This document shows positions 20,444 to 31,299 of a DNA stretch of 64,000 bases, piece after piece. The notes beneath the pieces are model-generated. The model did not search any database and was not told the DNA's origin. It worked only from the letters and a program-made list of their open reading frames with translations. Position 1 is the first letter of the stretch. Every line of letters starts with the position of its first letter. The DNA is from an uncultured Lentisphaerales bacterium (lineage in GTDB: Bacteria > Verrucomicrobiota > Lentisphaeria > JABSQK01 > UBA12247): NCBI GenBank assembly GCA_943788985.1, contig CALSSJ010000010.1:192001-256000 (forward strand). The letters run 5' to 3'. A program made the translations under genes and the position numbers.

Positions 20444-21100
20444 CTAGTCACGCAGTTGCTCCTTCTCGCCCGGCGGCACATCATCGAGGCGGGCATGCTG
20501 GCTGCGCTGCAAGGCCCGGATGTAGGCGACAATTGCCCAGCGGTCTTCCACTGCGACTTGGTGGGCATAGCCTCCCATATTTTCGTTCTCGCTGCCGTTG
20601 GTGATGATGTTGAAAAGCTCGCCATTTGGCCGAGCACGGCTTCCAGCTGTGTGGTAGCTGGTCGGCATCATCGGGCCCTTGGTCGTGATGATGCCGTCGC
20701 CATGTCCGGCTTCCCCATGACAAACGCTGCAGTATATGCCATAGCGCTCGCGACCACGCTCGAGGAGGGCTGCATCGACTGTGACTTCGTCGGGGAAGCC
20801 CGTAATGAATGTGCCGGTCGCTGCGTCGGAGGTCCTGCCGCGATAGTAATCGGACTGCTCTTCGAGGAAATCAGCCCGATCATCCTCGGTGCGGCCCCAA
20901 ACAACGGTGTGTTCGATACGCGGGCGCATTGCCCGGCCGTCGGCAAAGATCTCAGCGTGTGACTGGGCGTTATATTTAAACTGCTGGTCCATGTTTTGGT
21001 TCAGGTGCACCGGGGGCTTGCGCGAGACACGTTCGCGGCAGCCTGTAATCATCAGCAAGGCGACCGTACTCAGCAACAGTGTGGTAAATAGCCTACTCAT
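20444..21100 (-). CDS. actE: Alternative complex III monoheme cytochrome c lipoprotein ActE
   Basis: Lipobox ITGC, MDQQFKY, FADGRAMR, CSVCHG and DRWAIVAYIRALQ. Confidence 0.88.
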   Translation of the reverse strand: MSRLFTTLLLSTVALLMITGCRERVSRKPPVHLNQNMDQQFKYNAQSHAEIFADGRAMRPRIEHTVVWGRTEDDRADFLEEQSDYYRGRTSDAATGTFITGFPDEVTVDAALLERGRERYGIYCSVCHGEAGHGDGIITTKGPMMPTSYHTAGSRARPNGELFNIITNGSENENMGGYAHQVAVEDRWAIVAYIRALQRSQHARLDDVPPGEKEQLRD

Positions 21101-21644
21101 TGGGAATCAGCACCTCAACGTTTTTTCCGCCGATTGACTGCAGGAACGCGTAGCATTTTTTAGCGTCGAATCGCTCGTCCTCAGCCTCGATGCTAATAAA
21201 GAACCCATTATCCGTCGCCTTGCGAAAGTTGTCGGACTCAAAGACGGGGTGCGTATACCAAGGCAGGAAGTTCATGATAAACATGCCGATGACCGTGCCG
21301 AAGCAGGCACCGAGAATAGTCAGCTCAAAGGTAACCGGGACATAGGCCTGGAAGGCGAAGTATGGCTTGCCGGAAAGATTCATGGCGTAGCCGTGGTTGT
21401 GCACCCACCATTGGAGGGCGAAGGCAATGCTACCACCGGCGATACCACCAGCTGCCGCGACCCAGCCAAGGATTGACTTCTTTAGTCCCATAGCGGCGTC
21501 GAGACCGTGCACGGGAAAGGGTGAGTGGCAGTCGTACTTGTCGTAGCCAGCGTCGCGAACCTTCTCGGCTGCGTGGAGCAATACCGCCGGGTTGGCGAAC
21601 TCGGCCAAGACGGCAACTGCTTTTTGATTAGAGGATGCGCTCAT
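21093..21644 (-). CDS. actD: Alternative complex III subunit ActD (DUF3341)
   Basis: AEKVRDAGY...HSPFPVHGLD and PVTFELTIL, two TMs. Confidence 0.88.
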   Translation of the reverse strand: MSASSNQKAVAVLAEFANPAVLLHAAEKVRDAGYDKYDCHSPFPVHGLDAAMGLKKSILGWVAAAGGIAGGSIAFALQWWVHNHGYAMNLSGKPYFAFQAYVPVTFELTILGACFGTVIGMFIMNFLPWYTHPVFESDNFRKATDNGFFISIEAEDERFDAKKCYAFLQSIGGKNVEVLIPNE

Positions 21645-21654
21645 TGTCCGTAGC

Positions 21655-23055
21655 TCAATGTTCGTCGTGATAATTGTGCGGATCGGCTTCCGGCATGACG
21701 CCCTTGACTTCAGCAATGGCTATGACAGGCACGAAACGCAGGAACAGCAGGAACAGGGTAAAGAAGAGGCCAAAGGAGCCTACAAACATGCCGACGTCGA
21801 TGATGGTCGGTGAGAAGTAATCCCAGCTTGAAGGCATGTAGTCCTGAGAGAGAGAAGTGATGGTAATCACGAAGCGCTCGAACCACATCCCAATATTAAC
21901 GAAGATGGAGACTACGAAGAGGATGACCAGATTGCGGCGAGCGAAGCGGAACCAGAAGACCTGTGGAATGATGACGTTACAAGTGACCATGATCCAGTAG
22001 GCCCAGGCATACTGATCGGAGGCACGCAACAGGAAGATGCCACTTTCGTAGGGGCTACCGCTATACCAGGCGATGAAGAATTCGCAGGAATAGGCGTAGC
22101 CGACGAGCATGCCCGTGAGCATGATGATCTTGGCCATGTTGTCTAAGTGGCGCATCGTGATGAATGATTGCAGACCATAGATCCAGCGCACCACCACCAT
22201 GAGGGTGATCACCATAGCAAACCCTGAGAAGATCGCGCCCGCGACAAAATATGGCGGGAAGATGGTGGTGTGCCAGCCAGGAAGAATACTGACCGCAAAG
22301 TCAAAACTCACGACGGTGTGTACGGAAAGCACGAGGGGGGTGGCGATGCCGGCGAGAATCAAGTAAGCCTTCTCGTAGTTACTCCAGTGACGGTTGCTTG
22401 AGCGCCAGCCGAGGGCGAGCAGACCGTAGATGATCTGGCGCCAGCGATTGGTCGCACGGTCGCGCATGGTGGCCCAGTCCGGGATCAGCCCGACGTACCA
22501 GAATAGCAGCGAGACGGTGAAGTAGGTGTTGACAGCGAACACATCCCACAGCAGTGGGCTGCGAAAGTTCGGCCACATCGCCATCTGATTAGGCAAGGGG
22601 AAGAGGTAATAGACGGCCCAGACGCGGCCGACGTGAATCCCGGGGAATACAAGGGCACAGACGACTGCAAACAGGGTCATGGCTTCGGCGGCGCGGTTAA
22701 TGGACGTACGCCATTGCTGTCGCAGGAGGAAGAGGATGGCGGAAATGAGTGTACCGGCGTGGCCGATACCTACCCAAAACACGAAGTTCACAATCGCCCA
22801 GCCCCAGCCAGCCGGGTTATTCAGCCCCCAGACCCCTGTGCCTTTCCAGAACAACCAGAAAATCTGGAGTCCGAGTAAACCTGCGACGCTCGCAGAGATC
22901 GTAAAGGCGACGTACCAGCCGATTGGGGTCTTAGCTAGCTCCTGCTCGGCGATGCGACCGATTGTGTCGGACACCGAATGGAAGTCGTGATTCCCCTGAA
23001 CCAAGGGCTCTTGTGTTGTATCTGTTGCAGCAGCCATCTCAGCCATCTCAGCCAT
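21655..23055 (-). CDS. actC: Alternative complex III NrfD-family quinol-oxidising subunit ActC
   Basis: [42 protein letters not shown] and [19 protein letters not shown]. Confidence 0.93.
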   Translation of the reverse strand: MAEMAEMAAATDTTQEPLVQGNHDFHSVSDTIGRIAEQELAKTPIGWYVAFTISASVAGLLGLQIFWLFWKGTGVWGLNNPAGWGWAIVNFVFWVGIGHAGTLISAILFLLRQQWRTSINRAAEAMTLFAVVCALVFPGIHVGRVWAVYYLFPLPNQMAMWPNFRSPLLWDVFAVNTYFTVSLLFWYVGLIPDWATMRDRATNRWRQIIYGLLALGWRSSNRHWSNYEKAYLILAGIATPLVLSVHTVVSFDFAVSILPGWHTTIFPPYFVAGAIFSGFAMVITLMVVVRWIYGLQSFITMRHLDNMAKIIMLTGMLVGYAYSCEFFIAWYSGSPYESGIFLLRASDQYAWAYWIMVTCNVIIPQVFWFRFARRNLVILFVVSIFVNIGMWFERFVITITSLSQDYMPSSWDYFSPTIIDVGMFVGSFGLFFTLFLLFLRFVPVIAIAEVKGVMPEADPHNYHDEH

Positions 23056-26000
23056 TCAGTCTTGGGTTGGGATTCCGCAGCCTAGCCATGTAAGTGGTCC
23101 TCGGACGGGTCAGCAATTCGGGCAATAGGGCGTAGTTTCGCTCGTTTGCCTTCCATGCTGAAACATGGCTAGTCTTGTCGTTGATATCGCCAAAGGCAAT
23201 TGCGCCAGCAGGACATGCCTGCTGACAGGCAGTCGTGACATCGCCGTCTTTGAGGGCGCGCCCATCTACTTTGGCAGAGATGCGCGCCTGACTGATGCGT
23301 TGTACACAGTAGGTGCACTTCTCCATGACCCCGCGGAAACGGACAGTGACGTCGGGATTCTGCGAGAGCTTCTGGGTCGTAGTCTCAGCCGTCTCGCCAC
23401 GCACGTTGGTCTCGGGGCCGTTCTTGGTGAAGTTAAAGAAGTTGAAGCGTCGGACCTTGTAAGGGCAGTTGTTTGCGCAATAGCGCGTCCCGATGCAGCG
23501 GTTGTAGGTCATAGCGTTCAGGCCGTCCTTTGTGTGGCTGGTCGCACCGACCGGACAGACCTGCTCGCACGGTGCCATCTCGCAATGCATGCAGGGTACG
23601 GGCTGAACGCGCAATTCCGGATCGTCTTCGTCGCCTTTGAAGTAGCGATCGGTCCGAATCCAGTGTAATTCACGACCGTAGCCAGCATTCTCTTTGCCGA
23701 CGACAGGGATGTTGTTCTCGCTCTGACAGGCGGTCACACAGGCGTTACAACCGGTGCAGACATTCAGATCGATTGCCATGCCCCACTGATTGCCCTCGGT
23801 GTATTCATGCTCTTTCCAGAGGGCGCCGACCGTTGGGTTATGCACAGGTGGCGTCAGAGCGCTTTCGCCTTTCTCAGCGAAATTGAGGAGATCCGCTTCG
23901 AGAATCAAGGGCCGGTCGCCGCTGATTTTCTTGACCAGCTCATTGCCGTCCATGTTATGGTGCTTTTGCGTGGTTGAAAGCGGATAAGTGCCAGATGTTT
24001 TGGTAACCTTGGCTTTGCCGCCGGAGTAGGCAGCAGAGGTTGCAAGTGGGTAGGCATTGACGCCTGCGCCTTCTGCAACTGCACCAAGGTTTCGGCCGAA
24101 GCCGAGGTCTACGGAGACAGATTTATCCGAATGGCCAGGCAGAACAAATACCGGGAGAGTGAGTGTGGTGCCAGCGGTAGTCACGGTCACGAGATCTTCT
24201 TGACTCACCCCAAGGTCACGGGCCGTTGCCGGACTGACAATAGCGGCGTTGTCCCAGACCAGCTTGGTCACTGGCGATGGCAGTTCCTGCATCCAGCCAT
24301 TATTTGCAAACCGGCCGTCGTAAAGCGTGGGCGACGCAGCGAGTGCAATTTCGAAATCGGGGCCAGCGGTAAGCGTCTGGCGCTTCAATTGGGCGGTCAG
24401 TGATGTTTCGTTGATCGAGGCGTAGGGATCGCCGTACTTGGTGCCTTCGGCGACGCCGTTGTGCAGAATTGATTTCCAGGCAGCATCATTCTTGCCGACC
24501 GTAGCGCGGCAGAGCTCATAGCCGCTTTCAGCGTTGCCAAGTAGCAGACTTAGTGCTTCCAGTTCACTGATGGAATGGTGCAGAGGGGCGATGAGTGGCT
24601 GGGTAATGCCGATGGTCCCATCGGTAGTGCGCGGAGTGCCCCAGCATTCCAGCTCGAGGCTGCGTGGCAGGTGCCACTTACAGAATTCGCTGGTCTCGTC
24701 GTAGTAGTGACTCAAGTGGACCGAATGCTCGATCTTTTCGAGGGCCTCGGCAAACTTAAGATCAGCCGGGGCAGTCAAAACAGGATTGGGGCCAACAATG
24801 ACAAGCGTTGTGATTGCGCCGCTATTCATCGCCGTGACCAGTCCCGTCAACTCAGTGAGTGAGGAATCACGAGCGTCGGGGGCTTCGACGTAGGAGAGGG
24901 TGCCATCCTGAGCCGCGTTGCCCAGCGCATCATTCAAGGCTGCGATCACTGCATGGACGGAAGCGCTTTGGCCGCGGCCAGCTAGGACTACGGAGTGTTT
25001 GCCGGCTTGGGCGAGGTCAGCGGCAACGGCACCAATCCAAGTGTCGGTGACTCCTGCGGGGAGCGGAAGTTCTGGGATTGCGGCGAGTCCGGGGATGCGC
25101 TTGGGTGTGAAACCATCTCCGGACTTGGGGGCGGCTAGCCGACGGGCTAGTGCCGCGACGACGGCTGGGATGTCCGAACGGCGAACGCGGACGCGATGGT
25201 CAGCCATTCCGCCGGTGACGCTAAACGAGTGTTCCGCGACATAGAGGCGGTTCATGGCGTCCTTGCGACCATGGACTCGCCGGCCGTCTGCAAAGGCCTT
25301 GGTGTGCCGTACTGCATCGGTTTCGAGGTGAAGAAAGTCCGAATCGAGCGCGAGGATGACTTTTGCGTCTGTCAGGTCGGGGACGCCACGAACAGCCTTG
25401 CCCATGGCCGCCTTCTGGCCATCGTGAATGTTGGAATCGCTGACGGGTGCCCAGGCTGCGGTAATGGCAGCGGGGTACTTCGCCTTAAGTTTGACCATCT
25501 CAGCCTGAATCGCAGCAGAGTGATACGGGTCTACCAGAACGGCAAGGCCCAGGCCATTGGGGGCGACGGGATGTGCCCTCCAATCTTCCAGGAATGCGTC
25601 CCAAGTAGAATCTCCACCTGTGTAGGTGACGTCACGTGGGCGATCGGGATCAGCGAGAGTAAGAATTGATGCGAGCTCAAATGAGCTGACGCCGCCTGCG
25701 CTGCCTGGATGGCTGGGGTTGGGCTCGATCTTAGTGGGACGGCCTTCGTGGCTCTCAACCAAGACGCCGACTGCCTCACCGTCGCGGGTAAGCGTGGTGG
25801 CAAAGTAGACGGGCTTGCCGGGAACATATTCGGGGGGCTGGGTGCTGTAGGGAACGATCGTCTGCACGGGGCGTCGACAGCTGGTCAAGCCAGCCAGGCC
25901 CATGGAGGCTCCCATCAGCTTCATGAAGCTGCGACGATCAATTTCGCCAGCGTTATCACCAGATCCAATAGGATCCGCGGGCCCAGTGGGTGTTGCGACG

Positions 26001-26083
26001 CTGCGGTCCTGACCGCTGAGTGCGTCGTCGGCGGCACGCCACAGGGTCGTTTTAGCAGGGCTTTCCTGATTCATCGATGACAT
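23048..26083 (-). CDS. actB: Alternative complex III subunit ActB (molybdopterin-oxidoreductase-like + Fe-S domain, Tat-exported)
   Basis: [12 protein letters not shown]at signal, [45 protein letters not shown] and EKCTYC. Start at 26083 or at 26074 (ATGA overlap). Confidence 0.93.
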   Translation of the reverse strand: MSSMNQESPAKTTLWRAADDALSGQDRSVATPTGPADPIGSGDNAGEIDRRSFMKLMGASMGLAGLTSCRRPVQTIVPYSTQPPEYVPGKPVYFATTLTRDGEAVGVLVESHEGRPTKIEPNPSHPGSAGGVSSFELASILTLADPDRPRDVTYTGGDSTWDAFLEDWRAHPVAPNGLGLAVLVDPYHSAAIQAEMVKLKAKYPAAITAAWAPVSDSNIHDGQKAAMGKAVRGVPDLTDAKVILALDSDFLHLETDAVRHTKAFADGRRVHGRKDAMNRLYVAEHSFSVTGGMADHRVRVRRSDIPAVVAALARRLAAPKSGDGFTPKRIPGLAAIPELPLPAGVTDTWIGAVAADLAQAGKHSVVLAGRGQSASVHAVIAALNDALGNAAQDGTLSYVEAPDARDSSLTELTGLVTAMNSGAITTLVIVGPNPVLTAPADLKFAEALEKIEHSVHLSHYYDETSEFCKWHLPRSLELECWGTPRTTDGTIGITQPLIAPLHHSISELEALSLLLGNAESGYELCRATVGKNDAAWKSILHNGVAEGTKYGDPYASINETSLTAQLKRQTLTAGPDFEIALAASPTLYDGRFANNGWMQELPSPVTKLVWDNAAIVSPATARDLGVSQEDLVTVTTAGTTLTLPVFVLPGHSDKSVSVDLGFGRNLGAVAEGAGVNAYPLATSAAYSGGKAKVTKTSGTYPLSTTQKHHNMDGNELVKKISGDRPLILEADLLNFAEKGESALTPPVHNPTVGALWKEHEYTEGNQWGMAIDLNVCTGCNACVTACQSENNIPVVGKENAGYGRELHWIRTDRYFKGDEDDPELRVQPVPCMHCEMAPCEQVCPVGATSHTKDGLNAMTYNRCIGTRYCANNCPYKVRRFNFFNFTKNGPETNVRGETAETTTQKLSQNPDVTVRFRGVMEKCTYCVQRISQARISAKVDGRALKDGDVTTACQQACPAGAIAFGDINDKTSHVSAWKANERNYALLPELLTRPRTTYMARLRNPNPRLNG

Positions 26084-26724
26084 GCGGCACAGTCCTCTGG
26101 GGGGCTCAACTCTTTTTCTTGGATAATTGCTTCGGCAGCGTTGTATTGGCCCTTCGCAGGCTGCCATTCCATGTCCGTCACACTTGTCTCGGTGAGGTCG
26201 CGGATATGTTGGTGCGGATGGCGATGGCAATCGAGGCACCAGCCCATGCTGAGGGTCTCACGCTGGGTGACGATCTCCTGGCGGTCGATATCACCGTGGC
26301 AACTGGTGCAGCCAACTCCAGCTTTCAAATGAACGCTATGGTCGAAATAGGCGTATTCCGGCAACTTGTGGACGCGGACCCAATTGATAGGCTTGCCAGT
26401 TTCATAGCTTTCGCGAACTGGTGCAAGCGCCTCGCTGTTCTTTTTGATTGAACGATGGCAGTTCATGCAGGTTTGTGCTGGTGGGATATTTGCCTCGTGC
26501 GACTCTTCGATACTCGCATGGCAGTATCGGCAGTCGATTCCAAGATCGCCGGCATGCACCTTATGACTGAACGGAACGGGTTGTTCCGGCTGATAGCCGA
26601 CATCCGTATATTTCGGGGAGCCGAACCACCATAGGAGTCCTGCGATAAGCAATGGTGCTGGTGCGGCCGCGTGGATTACCACTAATGTCACCGGCGTCGT
26701 CCATGTAGGAAAAATCTGTGCCAA
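26071..26724 (-). CDS. actA: Alternative complex III pentaheme cytochrome c ActA
   Basis: MAQIF start, QPVPFSHKVH and five CxxCH motifs (CRYCH, CMNCH, CTSCH, CLDCH, CAACH). Confidence 0.93.
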   Translation of the reverse strand: MAQIFPTWTTPVTLVVIHAAAPAPLLIAGLLWWFGSPKYTDVGYQPEQPVPFSHKVHAGDLGIDCRYCHASIEESHEANIPPAQTCMNCHRSIKKNSEALAPVRESYETGKPINWVRVHKLPEYAYFDHSVHLKAGVGCTSCHGDIDRQEIVTQRETLSMGWCLDCHRHPHQHIRDLTETSVTDMEWQPAKGQYNAAEAIIQEKELSPPEDCAACHR

Positions 26725-26743
26725 AATATTACCCTCGTACGCG

Positions 26744-27628
26744 CTAAGCGCCGTATCTCCAACGATTAAGACCAGTCATCCCCTCTAGGATGATAACGCT
26801 GAATAGCGCCAGGAGATAGACAATTGAAAATAGAAAGAGGCGGATCTCAGATTGGGCAGTGCGCTCTTTGTAGGCCAAGAGCATCTTCTGCATGAAGATG
26901 ACGCCAAGCACGATTGCGGCTACGACATAAACATAGCCCGTCCCGAACAGGCCGAGTACTAAGGTTACGATCACTAGGGCGATAGAATACCACACCATCT
27001 GCTTCAAAGTGGCGTCAATACCATGGACGATGGGCATCATAGGCAGCTTTACGGTTTCGTAGTCGCTTTTGCGGTAGAGCGCTAGTGCCCAGAAATGCGG
27101 CGGGGTCCAGAGGAAAATAACCAAAAACAGTAACCATGGCTCAATGGCGCTACCATTGGTGGCTGCAGCCCATGAGATGACCGGTGCCATGGCACCCGCT
27201 GCGCCGCCGATCACAATGTTTTGGGCTGTATGTGGCTTCAACAACAAGGTGTAAAACAGGCCGTAAAACAAAATGGTGCCTAGAGCCAGCGCAGCGCTTA
27301 GGATGTTGAAGCGAATAGCAAACAGGGCGACGCCTGCGAGGCCAATAGAAACGGCGAAGGTGAGAGCAGCGCGGCTCGTGATCTCTTTCAGTGGCAGGGG
27401 GCGGCGGTCCTTGGTGCGGGCCATCTGCGCGTCGATATCCCGTTCGAAATATTGATTGAGTGCGTTCGCCGAGCCGCCCGTCATGAACAGCCCGAGCAGC
27501 ACCAAGATTGCGTCCAGCGGCCGTGTCAAGAAGGTTGCTTCCATCACCAGCGCAGCGGCACCAGTGATCACCACCAACAACATGATTGTTGGCTTCGTTA
27601 GCATGAGATACGAACGGACGACTTTCAC
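26744..27628 (-). CDS. ctaB: Protoheme IX farnesyltransferase (heme O synthase)
   Basis: LTKP, NQYFERDIDAQMARTKDRRPL, NIVIGGAAGA and FLWTPPHFWALA. Confidence 0.95.
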   Translation of the reverse strand: MKVVRSYLMLTKPTIMLLVVITGAAALVMEATFLTRPLDAILVLLGLFMTGGSANALNQYFERDIDAQMARTKDRRPLPLKEITSRAALTFAVSIGLAGVALFAIRFNILSAALALGTILFYGLFYTLLLKPHTAQNIVIGGAAGAMAPVISWAAATNGSAIEPWLLFLVIFLWTPPHFWALALYRKSDYETVKLPMMPIVHGIDATLKQMVWYSIALVIVTLVLGLFGTGYVYVVAAIVLGVIFMQKMLLAYKERTAQSEIRLFLFSIVYLLALFSVIILEGMTGLNRWRYGA

Positions 27629-27669
27629 AGCGGCTCTGTCAGGTTTACGGCGAGAAAAATGAAGCAGGG

Positions 27670-27698
27670 AATTTAAGTATCGGACCCGCGTCCGTCAA
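27670..27698 (-). promoter_or_regulatory. Putative sigma70 promoter of the ctaB-act-nqr operon
   Basis: The minus strand reads TTGACG-N17-TAAATT, about 40 nt upstream of the ctaB start. Confidence 0.6.
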
Positions 27699-27852
27699 CG
27701 CGGTTTAGACAACATTCTATCCATCAATTCAATTCCCCTACCTAGATTGGCCCTGCCAGCTCGCCAAATTGGGGCGTGAAGTATGGCGTAAAACGACGTG
27801 AGCGCGATCTTGTAGCTATTTGGTCCTCATTTTTGGGAGCGTTCCGTGGCTG

Positions 27853-28713
27853 ATGTCTGCACCTGATCCATCATTTGACCCGCACGAGACAGAGATCGTG
27901 CCGATGTCCCCGTGGCGTGGCATCGACTGGGCGGAGCTCTTTTGCCACCGTGATCTGTTCTGGTTTCTGGTTTGGCGCGAAATCAAGGCTCGATACGCGC
28001 AAAGCATCCTTGGCGTTGGCTGGGCTGTGTTGCACCCGCTCATTCACATGGTGGTATTCACTGTTGTGTTTGGGCGATTGTTGGAGATAGACAGCCAGGG
28101 GCGTCCCTACGCGCTATTCTCATTCGTTGCCTTGGTTCCGTGGACCTACTTCGTGAGTGCGACTAATGCCTCCACGAATAGTCTGGTGGGGAACACCCGG
28201 CTGTTGACGAAGGTCTACATGCCCCGCCTGTTCTTCCCGGCAACGCCAGTGATCGCCAAGCTTATCGACTTCATTATCGCTAGCTGCATGCTTGTTCTGC
28301 TGATGCTCGCCTACCTTGCTACGGGCCATCGTTTTGCCCTGTCCGCCGATCTCTTGGTGTTGCCATTGCTGATCGCAATCATGATGCTCACTGCCCTCGG
28401 ATTGGGGATGTGGCTTTCCGCGCTTGCCGTTAAATACCGGGACGTGCGCTTCGCCCTCGGCTTTATGACACAACTTATGCTGTTCGCGGCTCCGGTTGCC
28501 TGGCCAGCATCCAAGATTCCCGAGACGTACCAGATGTGGTATGGGTTGTACCCAATGGCCGGCGTGATCGAAGGCTTTCGTGCTGCAATCCTGCAGACGC
28601 GCCCTATGCCTTGGGAACTGATCGTGCCGGGTGCCGCCAGCAGTGTCGTCATTTTTGTGGGAGGGCTCGTTGTTTTTCGACGAATGGAACGGTACTTCGC
28701 GGATGTGGCGTAG
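27853..28713 (+). CDS. wzm: ABC-2 polysaccharide export permease (Wzm-like)
   Basis: LVWREIKARYAQSILGVGWAVL, LLTKVYMPR, YPMAGVIEGFR and terminal FADV. Confidence 0.88.
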   Translation: MSAPDPSFDPHETEIVPMSPWRGIDWAELFCHRDLFWFLVWREIKARYAQSILGVGWAVLHPLIHMVVFTVVFGRLLEIDSQGRPYALFSFVALVPWTYFVSATNASTNSLVGNTRLLTKVYMPRLFFPATPVIAKLIDFIIASCMLVLLMLAYLATGHRFALSADLLVLPLLIAIMMLTALGLGMWLSALAVKYRDVRFALGFMTQLMLFAAPVAWPASKIPETYQMWYGLYPMAGVIEGFRAAILQTRPMPWELIVPGAASSVVIFVGGLVVFRRMERYFADVA

Positions 28714-28870
28714 ACCTGTTTTCTGACGTTTTTCTCCGGAGCCCGTAAGAGCTAGCTTGCTCGTGCGGCCAGCCAATATGCAGCACACAGTTCTCGCAAT
28801 AGGGGAAACTAATTCTATGCTGGAACATATGGGGCTCGCGCGAGGGCCTGTATCTCGCTCGTCATGAGGG

Positions 28871-29947
28871 GTGGAGCGCCGCAATCTTACAGAAACGATT
28901 TCCCGAAAGAAGATTGATAGGTCGCATCCCTCGCACCGGATTGCCCAGCTGGGGCAGTTTGACCAGGCGATGCGGAGCCTGACGCGGGGTGATCATGACA
29001 CGGCGGTTCGAGAGCTATACATAACGCTGCAGCGTGACTAGGATTCTCCCAAACTGCTGTACGCCGCTAGCCTCTGCGCGCTGAATGCCGTTGATGCCGA
29101 GCGAGCGCAGGAGAATCTTGATTCCCTGCGACAGATCGCTCCGGATTCCGGCTTGACCGCACATCTGGGCTTTCTCCGCGATATTAGAAACGGAAACTTT
29201 CAGCGCGCCCTATCAGCTTCAGAGACGCGAAACTCTTTTAGCAGTCAGGAGCTCCCGTTTCTACTGGATAGGGGCATGATTTTTCTGCAGCAAGACGAGC
29301 GTCTGGCGGCCGAAAGTAGCATACGCGCGGCCATGGTGCATGCAACATTTTTCGATTTTCAGCGACTGGGGGCAGTGGACGCGTTGAGTCGATTGCTGGT
29401 CAGTTCGGGCCGCTCAAAGGAGGCGACAGCTGTCGATGTGACGGTTCACGAGGGTGCCCCTGCGTCTGCGCAGCTTCACGCGAATCATGCGATTGCGCCT
29501 GAGCACTCCGGGAACGGAGCGGAGGCCAAGTCGGCGTTACTGAGCGCATTGGCGGTGAGCCCGGACGATCCGGTGGCTCTTTATTTGGTGCCCCATGATT
29601 CTGGCTCAGAGCGACGGATGGAGCACGGCCTGCTGTTGATCGGTGAGCACAGCAATGAATGCTGGGCAGTAACTCTCATGGCGGATCGATACACGATCGA
29701 CGGAGAGGAACACAACTATGTTGTTGTTGCCTCGCGTTTTGCTTCAAGGCATCATTGCGAGCTTGCATGCATGGAGGGCCGGCGGGTCTTGAACGACCTA
29801 AACACCAGAAATGGAGCTCTCGTGAATGGTGAGAAGCAGCGCACGGTCGTGCTGAAAGACGGCGACTTGATTGAGTTGTGCGACACCAAGCTGTGTCTTT
29901 ATTCAAGTTCACTCAAAAGCCTGGCTAGAAGTCCGACAGGCTCCTAA
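28871..29947 (+). pseudogene. TPR + FHA domain protein, interrupted
   Basis: Frame open from GTG 28871 except for a TAG at 29039-29041. The C-terminus ASRHHCEL...LNDLNTRNGALVNGE..LKDGDLI is FHA-like but degenerate. Confidence 0.55.
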
Positions 29948-29956
29948 AGTGGTGAA

Positions 29957-31114
29957 TCATAAATTCGTGGGACAAATGCGAGGGCCTTTCGGCGCTCCGC
30001 AGGCCTGGTTTTGCAAACACTCCGCAACGACGTCGCGAGTGGCTCGCTCCAGATTTACGGCGGTGTCGCGCAACTGCTCAGCTAATGATTGGCTTGCTGG
30101 GCTTATCGCGCGCAAGATCGTGGCTCCCGGGAGGCCGCTTGCGCGCAGTTCGTCGCTGACTGAGCCGGATAGGACGACACAGGGCCGGTCGAGTGCCGCT
30201 GCTCGTGCGCAGACAAAAGCACAGGCCTTGCCGTTTGGTGTCTGGGTATCGGATCTGCCTTCTCCCGTCAGAATAAGATCTGAGTTGCTGATAGCTGCGT
30301 TGAGTCCGATGATGTCGGCAATAAGTGCCGCGCCCGGCTCCAGGTCCGCGTTGCAGAAGGCTTGCAGCCCAAAGCCCAGCCCGCCAGCTGCACCGCTGCC
30401 GGGCCGTGCGGCGAGCCCGGGTGCCGTCGTTTCTCCGAGATGCCGCAGGCCTTCGTCGAGCACCGCCACGTCAAGAGAAGTCGCGCCCTTCTGCGGGCCG
30501 TAGACCGCCGCCGCGCCTTCGGTCCCGTAGAGTGGGTTGCGGACATCGCAGGCGACTCGAAGCTTGATTGTCAGAGTGGCTGGTGCGTGCACCCTGGCCA
30601 GATTCACGAGCGAGGCCCCGCCTGGCGAAAGCGGAACGCCGAGGGCATCAAGGAAGCGGTAGCCGATCGCGCTGGCCATTCCGGTTCCTCCGTCAGTCAT
30701 CGCGCTGCCGCCGATTCCGATGATGATTTCGCGCGCATCGGCATCGAGTGCCGCGCGCAGTAGCTGGCCAACACCGAACGAGCTCGCCCTGCCAGCATCG
30801 CGCAATGCCGGCGGGATCTGGGCGAGGCCGCAAGCGGCTGCGCTCTCAATCACTGCAAGTTTGCGGTCAGAATCCCACAGCCAAGTCGCGCTGACAGGGC
30901 GCCCCAGAGCATCCTGTACGACTGCTTTCTTCCGCGTCAAAACCGGAATTGCCGCCTGCACGGCATCCAGCATCCCCTCTCCGCCGTCGGACATCGGCCG
31001 GGGAGTCACGTCTGCATTCTCCAGCGCCGATTCGATCCCGCGCTCCATTGCCTCACAGGCCGCTGGGGCAGAAAGAGACTCCTTGAAGGAATCCGGGGCT
31101 AATACAATTCGCAT
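29957..31114 (-). CDS. glxK: Glycerate kinase (GlxK/GarK family)
   Basis: LAPDSFKESL, SDGGEG, GIGGSAMTDGG, GPQKGA and GAAGG. Confidence 0.92.
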   Translation of the reverse strand: MRIVLAPDSFKESLSAPAACEAMERGIESALENADVTPRPMSDGGEGMLDAVQAAIPVLTRKKAVVQDALGRPVSATWLWDSDRKLAVIESAAACGLAQIPPALRDAGRASSFGVGQLLRAALDADAREIIIGIGGSAMTDGGTGMASAIGYRFLDALGVPLSPGGASLVNLARVHAPATLTIKLRVACDVRNPLYGTEGAAAVYGPQKGATSLDVAVLDEGLRHLGETTAPGLAARPGSGAAGGLGFGLQAFCNADLEPGAALIADIIGLNAAISNSDLILTGEGRSDTQTPNGKACAFVCARAAALDRPCVVLSGSVSDELRASGLPGATILRAISPASQSLAEQLRDTAVNLERATRDVVAECLQNQACGAPKGPRICPTNL

Positions 31115-31132
31115 GCAAAGCCTGTTCTGTTA

Positions 31133-31160
31133 TTGAATTATTTGAGGCGATTCGTATTAT
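31133..31160 (+). promoter_or_regulatory. Putative sigma70 promoter for tRNA-Thr
   Basis: TTGAAT-N16-TATTAT, 20 nt upstream of the tRNA. Confidence 0.45.
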
Positions 31161-31180
31161 ACCGTTTTGCCTCGCGAAGC

Positions 31181-31256
31181 GCCAATGTAGCTCAGTCGGT
31201 AGAGCAGCTCACTCGTAATGAGCAGGTCAGCGGTTCGAATCCGCTCATTGGCTCCA
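31181..31256 (+). tRNA. tRNA-Thr(CGU)
   Basis: 76-nt cloverleaf: GCCAATG/CATTGGC acceptor stem, GCTCA/TGAGC anticodon stem with CGT at 31214-31216, GGTTCGAATCC T-arm and encoded CCA. Confidence 0.96.
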
Positions 31257-31299
31257 GCGTGCTGGTCAGGATGACCGGCTAATTTCCACTAGATCGCGG

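Noticed and set aside
31181..31256. tRNA-anchored genomic island
   Set aside because: No adjacent integrase, and I noticed no duplicated tRNA 3' end.
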